DNA of 64,000 nucleotides from Yuukianura sp. NJ FZ-2021 (taxonomy: Eukaryota), in the NCBI GenBank assembly GCA_046563655.1, contig CM102286.1, positions 6,200,001 through 6,264,000 of the forward strand, in the 5' to 3' direction. The position numbers and the translations under genes are program-made. Positions 52,451 to 64,000 of this stretch are shown piece by piece. Under the pieces are notes generated by a model that saw only the letters and a program-made list of their open reading frames with translations, was not told the DNA's origin and ran no database searches. The first letter of the stretch is position 1; every line of letters starts with the position of its first letter.

Positions 52451-55400
52451 ATGGCGACGGCTGACTATTTTGAAGATCTTTGCAATTCAATTACACTTAA
52501 CTCAATTCCGGATCTTTTGGACGTTATTTGTGACATTCAAGAGAGTCAAGTTAGCTTAGAAACTGTTTTAGGTTTTAGAAATAATCAAAGACAGACTGTG
52601 CTTCATCTCGCTTCAGCCAAATTGGAGGATGAGATTGTTCAAATCCTTCTATGCAACGGAGCAGATCCGAGTCTTGTTGATTCTGGAGGGCGTTCACCTG
52701 TCTTGGAGCTTTTGGAAAGCTTACGCGGTAAAGTTCCAAGTTTCAAAAGAAGTGTACCACGCAAATTAGTTAATTAATTTTGCGAGCGTCATTCCGAAAA
52801 CTAAAGCAAATTTAACTCATGAACTAGCTTGCCAATGTGAATCCTGTGTTCGAAAGGCTGTACGGTGTATACGATACTTGGGCCAACATGGGGCTGACAT
52901 GAATATTTCTGACAAATCGGGGCAAACGCCACTACACTTGTCAGCGTTGGTTGGACGAGAAGATGTAACCCTGGAATTGATGACACAAGGAGCATCTTTG
53001 ATTTCCGAGTAAGGTTCAAATTACCGAATTTCTAAAACTTCTTTATGCGTTTTGAAAGTTTGTCGCAAAAAGATTAGGTCTCTATCGCTTTCCAATATAT
53101 TTTCAAAATTTCATATTAATTTTCAAAAACTTTAAAAATTCATAACTCGGTAACGGCAAGCGATAGAGATGTAAACTCTTCGCCCCTGGACTCACAAAAT
53201 TATGTAGTATTTTTAGAAATTTTAAAAAGGTACCCTCAGATTTTGACCAAATTTCGAAAAAATCCATGGACTAATTTGACGAAAAAGTTGATGTTCGATT
53301 TTGGAGTTTTTAGAATTTGTAAAAATTCTTCATATTTATTGAAAGTTTTTCGCGAAGAGATTAAGTCTCTATCGCTTTCCGTTCATGAGATATAAATTTT
53401 CAAAATTTCATATTAATTTTCAAAAATTTTAAAAATTCATAACTCGGTAACGGAAAGCGATAGAGATGTAAACTCTTCGCCCCTGAATTCACAAAAATAT
53501 GTAGTATTTTTAGAAATTTTAAAAAGGTACCCTCAGATTTTGACCAAATTTCGAAAAAATCCATGGACTAGTCCATGGATTTTTTCAAAATTTGACGAAA
53601 AAGTTGATGTTCGATTTTGGAGTTTTTAGAATTTGTAAAAATTCTTCATATTTATTGAAAGTTTTTCGCGAAGAGATTAAGTCTCTATCGCTTTCCGTTC
53701 ATGAGATATAAATTTTCAAAATTTCATATTAATTTTCAAAAACTTTAAAAATTCATAACTCGGTAACGGAAAGCGATAGAGATGTAAACTCTTCGCCCCT
53801 GAATTCACAAAAATATGTAGTATTTTTAGAAATTTTAAAAAGGTACCCTCAGATTTTGACCAAATTTCGAAAAAATCCATGGACTTTTTCAAAATTTGAC
53901 GAAAAAGTTGATGTTCGATTTTGGAGTTTTTAGAATTTGTAAAAATTCTTCATATTTATTGAAAGTTTTTCGCGAAGAGATTAAGTCTCTATCGCTTTCC
54001 GTTCATGAGATATAAATTTTCAAAATTTCATATTAATTTTCAAAAACTTTAAAAATTCATAACTCGGTAACGGAAAGCGATAGAGATGTAAACTCTTCGC
54101 CCCTGAATTCACAAAAATATGTAGTATTTTTAGAAATTTTAAAAAGGAACCCTCAGATTTTGATGTTTTGAAAAAAAAAAGTTCAAAATAACTGGCGACA
54201 AAGGCTGAAAAGCAAAGGTATCGGAAGATGTTAGAGCAATTTATGGTATTCTTATTAATATTAAACTTGTTTTAACAATGTGATTTCGTTAATGGACTTG
54301 AAGGACGTCGAAGCAGTCTCACATGAAAGTTCTTCTGGAGTATTTACCAGACATAATATTGCCAATATTTGACCGCGCAATTTTGCTGGATTTGAAGAAA
54401 AGGCATTCTCCAGATTTTGAACTTTCTTTTGATATGAGGTATAAACGCGCCAAATTATTTCCCCCAATAATTTTCGATCGATTTAAATGAATTATTTTTT
54501 AAAATTTCAATTTAATTCAATTAAATTTAACTTCTTGTTAGTGTTATTCTGCCTACTCCAAATTGCTGCACTCAGGATGTTGAGTCGTTTCCAATTCGTA
54601 TGTTGTCCTTCTTGAGTCAACTTTTTAAATGCGGTTCGGGAGATGACTCAAAGTATCCAACTCCAGAAATGGGGTTTCTGCGGCAAATTTTACAAAGTAG
54701 TTCCGTTCGGGATCTACATACTTACAGAGCCATTCTGCAACATCCCATTGTCCATGTCTTCACTGACATCAAATGGAATCGTTTGAAAATTATGTACTTT
54801 GCGTACTTGGCATTCCAAATCAATCTACTGGTATGGTACATCATCTTTATCTTGCTCGTGATACTCATCGACTGTCCAGCTAATCCGGAATCGAATCCCA
54901 ATGTTATTAAAGGAAACAATTCAGAAGGTATTCAGAAGTATTATTTACATGCTCCATTGAATTTCTTGAATTTCAAAATGAATTTTCATGTTCAATTTTC
55001 AAGAAACTTCGATCCCAAGGACACAGCCTTGTGAAATCCAGGTTTATACCAAAGTGATTGCGTTCTTCGTTCTCCTGTGTACACTAGTTTCAGTTTGCAA
55101 AGAACTTTACCACTTTACTGCTGACTTTAGAAGTTACGTCGTGGACCTATTCAACTACGTTCAATGGGTTGGAATTGGCACAATGGCTACAACTGCCATC
55201 ATTGCCTTAGCGCCATTCAACTTGTTCCACGTCTGGTTGTTCCCACTGGCATCGGTACGAACTAAAAATTATTCTTTAATTTAGTGTCTCTCTTCCTTTG
55301 ATTTTTTATTATTTATTTTTATTATTACTTCAAAATATAGACGAAATCTGAGAATATGCAAAGCCTTTGAATATTTTCAAACAACGGCCAAAAACTTCAG

Positions 55401-57678
55401 ATTCGTTTATGGACTTTTTAAAAATGTTAAAAATACTTTGGATTATATGAATTAACATTGTACAACTTCTTGAAAAAGTTGTTGGTTTCATTCCTCTTTG
55501 CGTTTCAGTTCGGAGTTGGAATTTGCTGGTTTCAACTATTTTTGCATCTCGGAGAGATGCCGACACTGGCCATTTATGTCGACATGTTCTCAAAGGTCGA
55601 ACTCACAAATTTGTTTCACAAGAAAGCGTAATGCGTAAGTATAATATGTTTTCATTTTTGGCTGTAGATCACGGTCAATTTCTGTATTTCCTTGATCATG
55701 TATTCTCCGCTCATCATAGCATTTGTCATGTCATACTGCCTGCTGTTCCCATCAGTAAGTTTCCGGCAACTATAGTTTAAGAATGGTTAGAAATTACAAA
55801 TTGATCCATTTTTCTAAATGTACTCATAGAGTTGTCAAGACGACGATTTTTCGTTTTTCTTTTAACTAGAGTGGACATGAGGCATTTTTTCAACAAAATT
55901 TTTGAAGCAAATTAAAAGAGGTAAAAAAACCGATTTCACCTGAACTTTAAGCCCGGTTCTCACGACGAAATTCAAACGTTCTTTCAAACTTTCTCAAATT
56001 GTTGATAAAAAAAAAAGTTAAAAAGACAGTCAAATAATTTTTGACTTCCAAAGGGTGTATCTTTGGTTGGTGAATCGTGGAGCCAAATTAACTTCTTGCT
56101 AATTAACTTTACTGCAAGTGAGATTTGTAGAGAACGGTTGTGGCAGTACTTTAGATACTTTAGAAGGATATCCATAACTTCTGAGCTACAGCAGCTTGAA
56201 CACCCGTGTCAGGTCCATAGTTCCTAAATCACGGGAAAATGACCTGATTTCTGGTAATTTCTACCATTGACAGATACTTATTAAGTAAGTAGATAGTAAC
56301 TTAAATGTAGATAGGTGGTTTAGATGTAATTAACTTAAGTATTAGTAATTTAATTTGAATTAGTAAATAGTAACTTCAATTTAACTTTTTGCAAAAGCAA
56401 TTTCAGCAGCAGAAGCAATTGTTGGGTTGCTGCCGCTGCCACCTCTTCTTGGCACACTACTAGTCGCCATTTGTATTATGACAGATATGCACGGATATTT
56501 TGTCTAAAAAAAAAGCTGTTTTTCGTATTTTTATTCATAATTTTAGAAATTTTGAAAACTGAAAATCTAAATTTCGTCGTTTGTGTGAACCGGGCTTAAA
56601 GTTCAGGTGAAATCGGTTTTTTACCTCTTTTAACCTCTTTTAATTTGCTTCAAAAATTTTGTTGAAAAAATGCCTCATGTCCACTCTAGTTAAAAGAAAA
56701 ACGAAAAATCGTCGTCTTGACAACTCTATGAATGTACTTGGAAGGAGACGAAGCTAATTGATGTTCCTGTGGCTACACTTCGTATCATGACGATGATGAT
56801 AGGTGAGCTGAATTTCGAAACTCTGTTTGCGCCGACGCAGTGGGTTCGCAGTCCAATCATGGCTCATGTGTGGTATTCAATTTTTCTTGTCGTCATCGCA
56901 ATGATTTTGATGAATCTGCTTGTCGGACTGGCTGTAAATGATATTGGGGTAAAAAGAGTCACACAACCTCACTTTTGGAAAAAATGTTATACTTCTTAGA
57001 TTAAGTATTTCTATATTTTACTAACGCAGGGCTGCCGGGAGCACTCCGAGTTGGTAGTAATGGAGCGGAAAATTAGATATTTAACCTACTTGGAAAAATC
57101 GTTCTATCTGGGAACATTTTTTACTCCAAGGTGCTTGAAATCCTATTTGCGAAATCGGGCAAACGTCGTTATCTTGATGAATAAGCGGGTCGCACCTTAC
57201 AAAAACGAAAATCCTGAAAAGTAACAATACAAAACAAATATTTTAAGTATACAAGATTGAAGTAAGCTCGCTAATTTTCAGGAAGTACGCAGTTCAGATA
57301 TTTCCCAACAAAATGCACGACTCTACCTTTCACACTGCGACAATTGTAGCCATACGTAAGTGGTTACTAAAGCAGAAGTCGGGTGGAATCAATTTAGAGA
57401 CAATTTGCCAGCGACATGGAAATCTTGAGCAGTTCAAAATACCCCGCCGTCGCCACCATCGCTTGGAAGCAGATTCAGAGTCCAAAGACCCTCAGCACGG
57501 ATCCTCCCTTTCCGCCAAATCCACCAATTATAAAAAAGCTCAAGACGAGGCCAAAAGGCTCTTCAAAATGGAAAATTCGCTAATGCGACTTGAGACTCGT
57601 CTACTAGACTTAACGGCCAAACTAGATGACGTCCTAGGATTAGTTTCAGAGTCATATCACAACGAATCTAAAGCCTAA
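52451..57678 (+). CDS. TRPA-subfamily cation channel (pyrexia/water witch-like), multi-exon
   Basis: Ankyrin repeats (QTVLHLAS...GADPSLVDSGGRSP; GADMNISDKSGQTPLHLSA), linker ILQHPIVHVFTDIKW, TM segments, AIYVDMFSK, pore MMIGELNF, S6 ILMNLLVGLAVNDI and a C-terminal coiled coil. Splice phases are consistent. Confidence 0.9.
53050..54163. repeat. Tandem array of ~300-bp near-identical units (~3.7 copies) in a TRP intron
   Basis: The anchor GATAGAGATGTAAACTCTTCGCCCCTG recurs at 53162, 53459, 53775 and 54079. Full units contain an 18-bp inverted repeat. Confidence 0.95.
55825..56730. mobile_element. Non-autonomous hAT-like element, 906 bp, with long TIRs
   Basis: Near-perfect ~135-bp TIRs starting CATAGAGTTGTCAAGACGACG. 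Exact 8-bp TSD AATGTACT at 55817-55824 and 56731-56738. Confidence 0.92.
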
Positions 57679-59331
57679 ACAACTCAACTCGCAAAAACAA
57701 AAAGGCTGGTGCAAAAAATACTTACAAATTAATTATAACATAGAATATAGTGCAGTCAAAATAAAGTTCACTACAGCTAAATGTCAGCTTAACCAACCAC
57801 TTTATTACACTCATACATACCCTCACAAATTAAGAACTACATTTGAACAGTAGAATATAATAATTATCATTTATCGATATTACAACTAGACTGAAATCAA
57901 TTTGAGAAAAGAACCACACAATGAAAACAGGTATTGCAAAGGGGAATTTTCTAATGGTAGCATTATAACTTGTAAATATTTAAGAGCCGCTTTACAGAGC
58001 AATTACTCAAGTTGATGCGCAAGAGAACAATTTCTTACAATTTTGGATATTTATATAAATTGTTCATTCAAAAAGGAAAGACTTATTCCCTAAAAGTTAT
58101 ATTATACTTTTTTTTATATTACATTGACACTGGAGCTGATCTTCTCGTGGTTCGTTCTCCACCGTTTCCGATGTGATCCCCCACACTTAACTTAATAAAA
58201 TCCTTAATTTGTAGATTTCATAGTACTAATTAAGAAATTCGTACAATTAATTGATCGTTGATCAGCTCGAACACTCAGATCTACAAATCAAGCAACTGTA
58301 ATCAACTCTAAGCATTTGTTTTAGCATTTACACTTGTGAAGTTCCCAATTTCTAACAGATTCATACTTTCCGCAAGCACCCAAACACACTTCCCCTTCCA
58401 GCTTACAAATTCTTAAAAATTTAGATGGAAAAGTTGTTCACGGCGTTACAAAAAGTTTCCTCGTTGTTTTAGTGTGAAAAGACAAGGCCAATTGTTCCTA
58501 ATTAATTTTAAAATTTTGAAGTGGTGTAAAAACAGCTGCCAAAAAGATGGACCAAAGTAGTCATTGTGAAATTCAGTTCTGATTGTTTGATCCCTTTTGT
58601 GTTCTCTCACTTCCTAAATTGAATCTCACTTTTGAGTCTTTTAAGAAACTGTGATAAAGATTTTTTTTTTCCAGTACAAAATGACAGTTTGGCATAAAGG
58701 ACTAATTCTCAAATTGAGTGGTTTTACAAAGAGTCCATCAAAGTGGTGCCTATTCTGAAAGAGTATTTGAAAAAATTTTCAAAAGCAAAACAGAAGTTAA
58801 GCTTAGGTAATTAACAAACAAGGTCATTTTAACAATTACAAACTGAATTAACGGGTAGACACAAAAATAAGTATTAAAAGCAGTTTAGGGTAAACAAGTT
58901 TGTAACATGCAATCAATAACAGGAAAAAACGGCTCACAAAAATAAATAAGACTGACCAAGGAAGTGGGATTGCGGGAAATAATTTACCCTAAACTCAACA
59001 TCGACTCTAAATTGTATGAAAAAACCTATAAATTGCCAATTCGGATTTAGCGTCTTCTCTTTTATACATGCTGCTCATCCATACCGCTCTCTTCATCCTC
59101 CGTTCGTTCAGCTTTATACAAAAAACATGGAGATGCATGTATATCGATTTCTCAACTTTCAACAATGCTCTGGCTTCATATCGCTTGTACACAACATAAT
59201 GGTATACTAAGTAATAATAATAATATTAGTAATAATAATTATTAAATCTATCTATAACTTTCTTCATGATGATTAGGTGAGTTGGTTGCTCTTAGGAAGT
59301 AATTAATTAGTGGCTGGAATTAACTAAAAAC

Positions 59332-62260
59332 TTATTCAGAAACAGCAACCTCGGTGCCATTGGTTTCGTGTTTCTTTTCTTCCTCCTGCAAAGACAGAAC
59401 ACAAAAATGATTTTCTTGGCACCTCATTACTTCTAACGTCTTTTGTTTAAAATTTCTTGACAAATTACCTCATCGTGCTCATGAATCCCGTTTCCCATGG
59501 TTGAGACTACTTCGGAGATGACTTCCTTTGTTGAGGAAGTGACGGTCGACGTGTAGCTCTCGGTTTTAGATTCAACCCTCTTCTCAATCTTTTCAGTAAC
59601 CTAAAAATAAAGATTTCAAACAAAAATAAGTTAATTTCTCCACTCCAACTTGAAGTCATCCATCGGCTCCTTCAAAAATTCAAACCAGAAACACCGAAAA
59701 AATTTTCCACGTTGCCCTTGCATTCTTCAGATTTTAAATCCTTCCCGTGGGTTCGCCTACGCATTTCCCCAAAATAGTATATTTTCATGGCGTTACCTTT
59801 CAACAATGTTCAAGGCAACGTGTGGCAATTCTTTTCATCGCTGTATAAAATTTTTCCGCGCGCCAACTTTATAAAAACTATATTCTCCGCCAACGCATTC
59901 AAATTCTACCGGATCCCATAAATCCCGACAAACAGTTGGTTACATAAAAGTTGAAGTGCAGGCGCAGAAAAACGAAACGAAGAGCCTCACACAGACAGTC
60001 AGGAGAGCAACCCAAGTCCGGCATTTGCAATTTCTTCCGCGCCTCGTAAAAATTTATTTACATTCAACTCCCATTAAATACCAGGCTCGTCCTGAATAGT
60101 AAATACACACCACTTTCACAAAAGTCCTTTCACAGAAGTGGCCTTTGTCCAAAAAAAAATTCAACAATCCAAAAAAAGAAATAATAAATAAAACAAAGTT
60201 CTCTGGAAGAGAGAAAGTCACGCTGCGGCCGAGAGCTGCGTAATAGGAAAGTTTTTCTCTGCTTTTTATGAAGTTGTCGGCATTCTTATCTTGTGGAACC
60301 GTATTCAACGCCAAAAAATAAAGAATTCTTTATGCACCCGCAAGAACACAAGAATATTCTGTTCTAAAAAGCTAGTAACCTATGCTTTCCCATTATCATT
60401 TTATGGCAGATGAAGTTCAACGTCCGTTCATTTCATCTTGTTTTATCAGTGGACTTCCTACGCCATGGATCTAAAATAATTACGTCTTCACGTGCTTTCT
60501 AGCTATTAAAATTTTGGAATCTTCCCTCTTCTATGTGCTCACTCGCTTTCAAAATCAGCTCTCATTATACTCAGCACACGACGACAGTCCTTAAAATCCA
60601 CTTTGGTCAAAACGGCTCCAAAAAGAACCAGACTTGAAGGGGTTCGTTGTTTTGACGCCATAGAAGGAAGTTACATGCAGCAACGTTATTGGCTATATCA
60701 TTCTTAGTAGACTCTCAACTCTACAAAAATAAACAGTAATGCATCCTTAAAGTCAACAACAGTTGCCGGCAGCGTGTGGGGAAATGGCTCGTGCGCGTGT
60801 GTGAGGCTTAAAGACTTCTTAAGCAGCACACAGCAGCACCCTTTGGCGAAAAAACGCCTGTAGGGTGTAGCACTTAACAGCTACGCTTCAACAGGATCTT
60901 AATGGTTCGAAGACGGCGGTTGGCAATATAATGTATCATCTCTACTGATTATCCGAACATGAACAAGAAACGAAAGAAACACCACACAAGAGCCGCGACT
61001 TCTTATTAATTTTGCTTTATGAGATCATATAACTCACCTCCGTGAAACCATTTTCGGAAATCTTGAGAGTGCTGTGGATGGCTTCCGACAAATCAGCAAC
61101 CTCATTCTTTTCCTCGTCCAGCTAAAAAGAAAGAATAAAATGGTAAAGATCAGTATCAGAATAGTAAATCCAAATGACTTATTGTCCCCCTCGTCCTGGC
61201 TTAAGTCTCCAGAGGAAGAAGAAGACGCAATCAATTGTGAAAGTCATTAATCAAAGGATTGACTCTTTGTTTTCCATTCATCTTGCTTCTCAATCCCAAC
61301 CCATCAGTATTTTCCAAACTTTCTCCGCACCTTCTTTTCAATCTTAACAAAAAACGACAGGCTAACAAATAACCTTCCGCGTCATCTCACTTTCTCAAGC
61401 CTTAGCTCAGCAGGTTGGCGATTAGTTTCACAACATCAACATTCTACAGAGTTCAATTAATCGCGAATATCTCCTAACCCTTGAATAAAAAGTTTTACTT
61501 ATTGGCAAAAAGTTAACCAAATGCTACCCAGAATGTCAATGAGCATCTTCTCTTTTAGTAATTTAGATTCTGTCAGATTCGTCTTGTATTCTAGACTTTT
61601 AGTCTTCAGACGCATCGCCAAAGCTCAATTCAAGATGAAAGTTCAGCGCTTTTTCCTATAACCAAATAGTCAAGAGCACTCAGCGAATCCGCCAGTTAGT
61701 TCTTTAGTTCTGATCTCTACGTGAACCTTGTCGCTAAGCTAAGGCTCTCGAAGAGAGGAGACTTCCATGATTGTCATTCCAAGCAGGAAGTCCCCCCAAG
61801 GAGCTAAAACTCCTCAAGAATTATTAGCGAACGCCCTCAATTTACATTTCTCGGCACACCAGGCCACCAGGATCATCACACGCCGCTAGCATGCCAACCA
61901 TCATCTTCCTAATGGAAACAATAGAAAGCAATTTGCCTAAATATCCCACCAATTTCATATGCGCGTGCCGCCTTTTTGTACTGCGCAAACGTCTCCATTC
62001 CAGCCCAGCATCACTCAACATATTTTTCTAAATACCTTTGGTAGTTCAGGAACCTTGGGGACTTCAGCAGCGGCTGCTGCAGGGACATCACTTTCCTCTT
62101 TCGGCTCCTCCTTCGTTTCTGGCTCACCGTTCGTCACTACAGCGGCGACGGCGGCCTCCGTCGGAACCTCAGCAGCACTCTCGACTTTTGGTTCTTCGGC
62201 CGCTACTTCTGCTGTCTTAGTCTCCTGGCCCTCCGCTGCTGCGGCCTCCTCCTCCTTCTT
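59332..62260 (-). CDS. 3' exons of an acidic Glu/Ala/Lys-rich, probably disordered protein; 5' end not identified. Exons 62260-62036, 61121-61038, 59600-59469, 59385-59332
   Basis: All four exons are phase 0 with GT-AG boundaries: KKEEEAAAAEGQETK...ELPK / LDEEKNEVADLSEA...NGFTE / VTEKIEKRVESK...EHDE / EEEKKHETNGTEVAVSE*. Confidence 0.75.
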
Positions 62261-64000
62261 CTGCAACAGATTCAAAAAAGAAATACAATTAATTAACAAA
62301 ATCAAGAGATGCACAAAACCAAGAATCGGTGTAGTCTCGAATATTATAATTAACACTTTTAGCGTGTCACCCTCTCTCTGATCCACTTCCCGCCCTAAAT
62401 CCAATTTGAATTCATCATTCATCGTTAAGTACGAAGTGAAAACTTCGGTTTGGATTAAACCTAGCTTTGTCACTACTTTCCCTCGCCTCTGTTCGTATTC
62501 TGTTCACACAATTCCTAATTCCTTTCGTCGTTTCCTCACACTTCAGCTTCTAATTTCCAGCCTCCCCGAAAACGTGTCAGTCCAATTCGCATCGATTTCT
62601 ATCTCCCTCCTCGTCCAACAGAAACAAAGCATCCGAAACACTGCTAGCAGCGCGTCGTTCCCTTGTCTCCCGCCAACTTCCATTATTTCCCAGACAAAAA
62701 CTCAGACTCCATTAAAACAGACTTCTCATCAACTTTGTCATTGTGTATCATCCTTATTCTGAAAGACCGCACGTAATAATGAGTGGTTTGAGGGGAGTGA
62801 TCAATAGCAGATTACAGCCAACACTCGTACTATCTTTGGTCTCCGCTCACACTTTTCAGCGTTACGCAACAAACTTCATCTTCCAGAACCAAGTGATCTC
62901 GTGAACCAATTAACTCTTTCTCTAGGTTATGTTCAGCGTCTACTACGACAAAGCGGAGGCGGTTTAGCTTTAAAAACCTACACAAAATCCCAGTGACACT
63001 GCGGTTTCATTTCATTTCTGATTCCAGCGTATTACCCGGCTTTTCTATTCCGTCTTTACTGAATTACCTTTCTCCATTTTCTCCTTCGTCTGCCTTTCTC
63101 CGAAAAGAAATGAGATGAAAGACAAATTAAATGACAAGAAAAATAGACGGCAAGCGTATCGCATTTACCTCCTGCTCTAACATAACATAACCTAACTTAA
63201 GGAAAACCTAACCTTAGGGAAAAAAAATGCAGGAGAAAGCTCCGGAATTGTATTACATTAAGGTCCCTCCTTGCCCAGGGAGAAAAAACAGAATAGTTAA
63301 TAGGTTCAAAGTAGGAGAATTGCGTAAGGGGAAAGTTTTCCGAGTTAGATACCAAAGGAGAAAGGAGCCGCTAGAAGAAAAGCAGTGGAGATGAGATTCG
63401 GGTTCTTCCCTTGAATCACAACATCTAAAAACGGGGGGAAAAGGGGGCTCGACCGCAGTCAAGCTTTCGGTTAGGCTAGACAGAAATGGAAAAGTACAGC
63501 GTGGCAGTGGAGGAGGGTGAGTCATCTCGTAAGATTCGATGGGATGTACGATATAAAAAAAATTCGGGTGCTTTTACTCTGTTGAAAAAAAAAATTCGGA
63601 AGCAGAGAGAAAGCTGGTGCGTTTTCCCCCCTCGTCCACTTTTCCAGCCGTCATAAAATACGCGTGCTTTCCCCATTTTTCTAAAACAGTCGCACGTTCA
63701 AACTGCCTCCATTGTCGTAAAATACAAGCCCTCATGACCTGACCTACTGTTTTTCCCTCCGTCCAATTTCCTATTTCCACTCTTTTTTTTTGTCAAAACT
63801 GTTTTCATTTTGCAAGTACTGCCCATAATTTTTTGGGGCTTTACCAGTAAAAATAAACCAAAATCCCAGCACTTCAAACGTCAACATAACTTTACAAGCT
63901 CCTAAACACTTATTCCCTTTGTTCATTGTAAACTTTACGTAGCTAAAAATATTCCAGGGCTGTTAAATTTTCAAAATCCGTTTCATTCCTACACTCAGAT

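Overview
AT-rich, intron-containing eukaryotic DNA. It is most likely an arthropod, because it carries bursicon beta, sine oculis and a pyrexia-like TRPA gene; a hexapod such as a springtail is plausible but not provable from the sequence. Spliced genes reconstructed by hand: CFAP68/C11orf1 (+), an orphan secreted Cys-rich protein (+), sine oculis/Six1/2 (+), ELMO/Ced-12 (+), DTD1 (-), bursicon beta (+, absent from the ORF track), CFAP210/CCDC173 (-), DHCR24 (-), a TRPA-type channel with a very short ankyrin region (+), and the 3' part of an acidic disordered protein gene (-). A complete U2 snRNA gene lies in the large CFAP210 intron. Non-coding space holds many non-autonomous DNA transposons: a Transib-type element with a V(D)J RSS-like end and 5-bp TSD, a Tc1-type element filled with an 11-bp minisatellite, a hAT-type element with an 8-bp TSD next to a splice acceptor, foldback elements, a decayed mariner transposase and two complex tandem arrays. 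No prokaryotic features or CRISPR arrays. Exon boundaries were read by eye and family calls come from recalled motifs, not searches.
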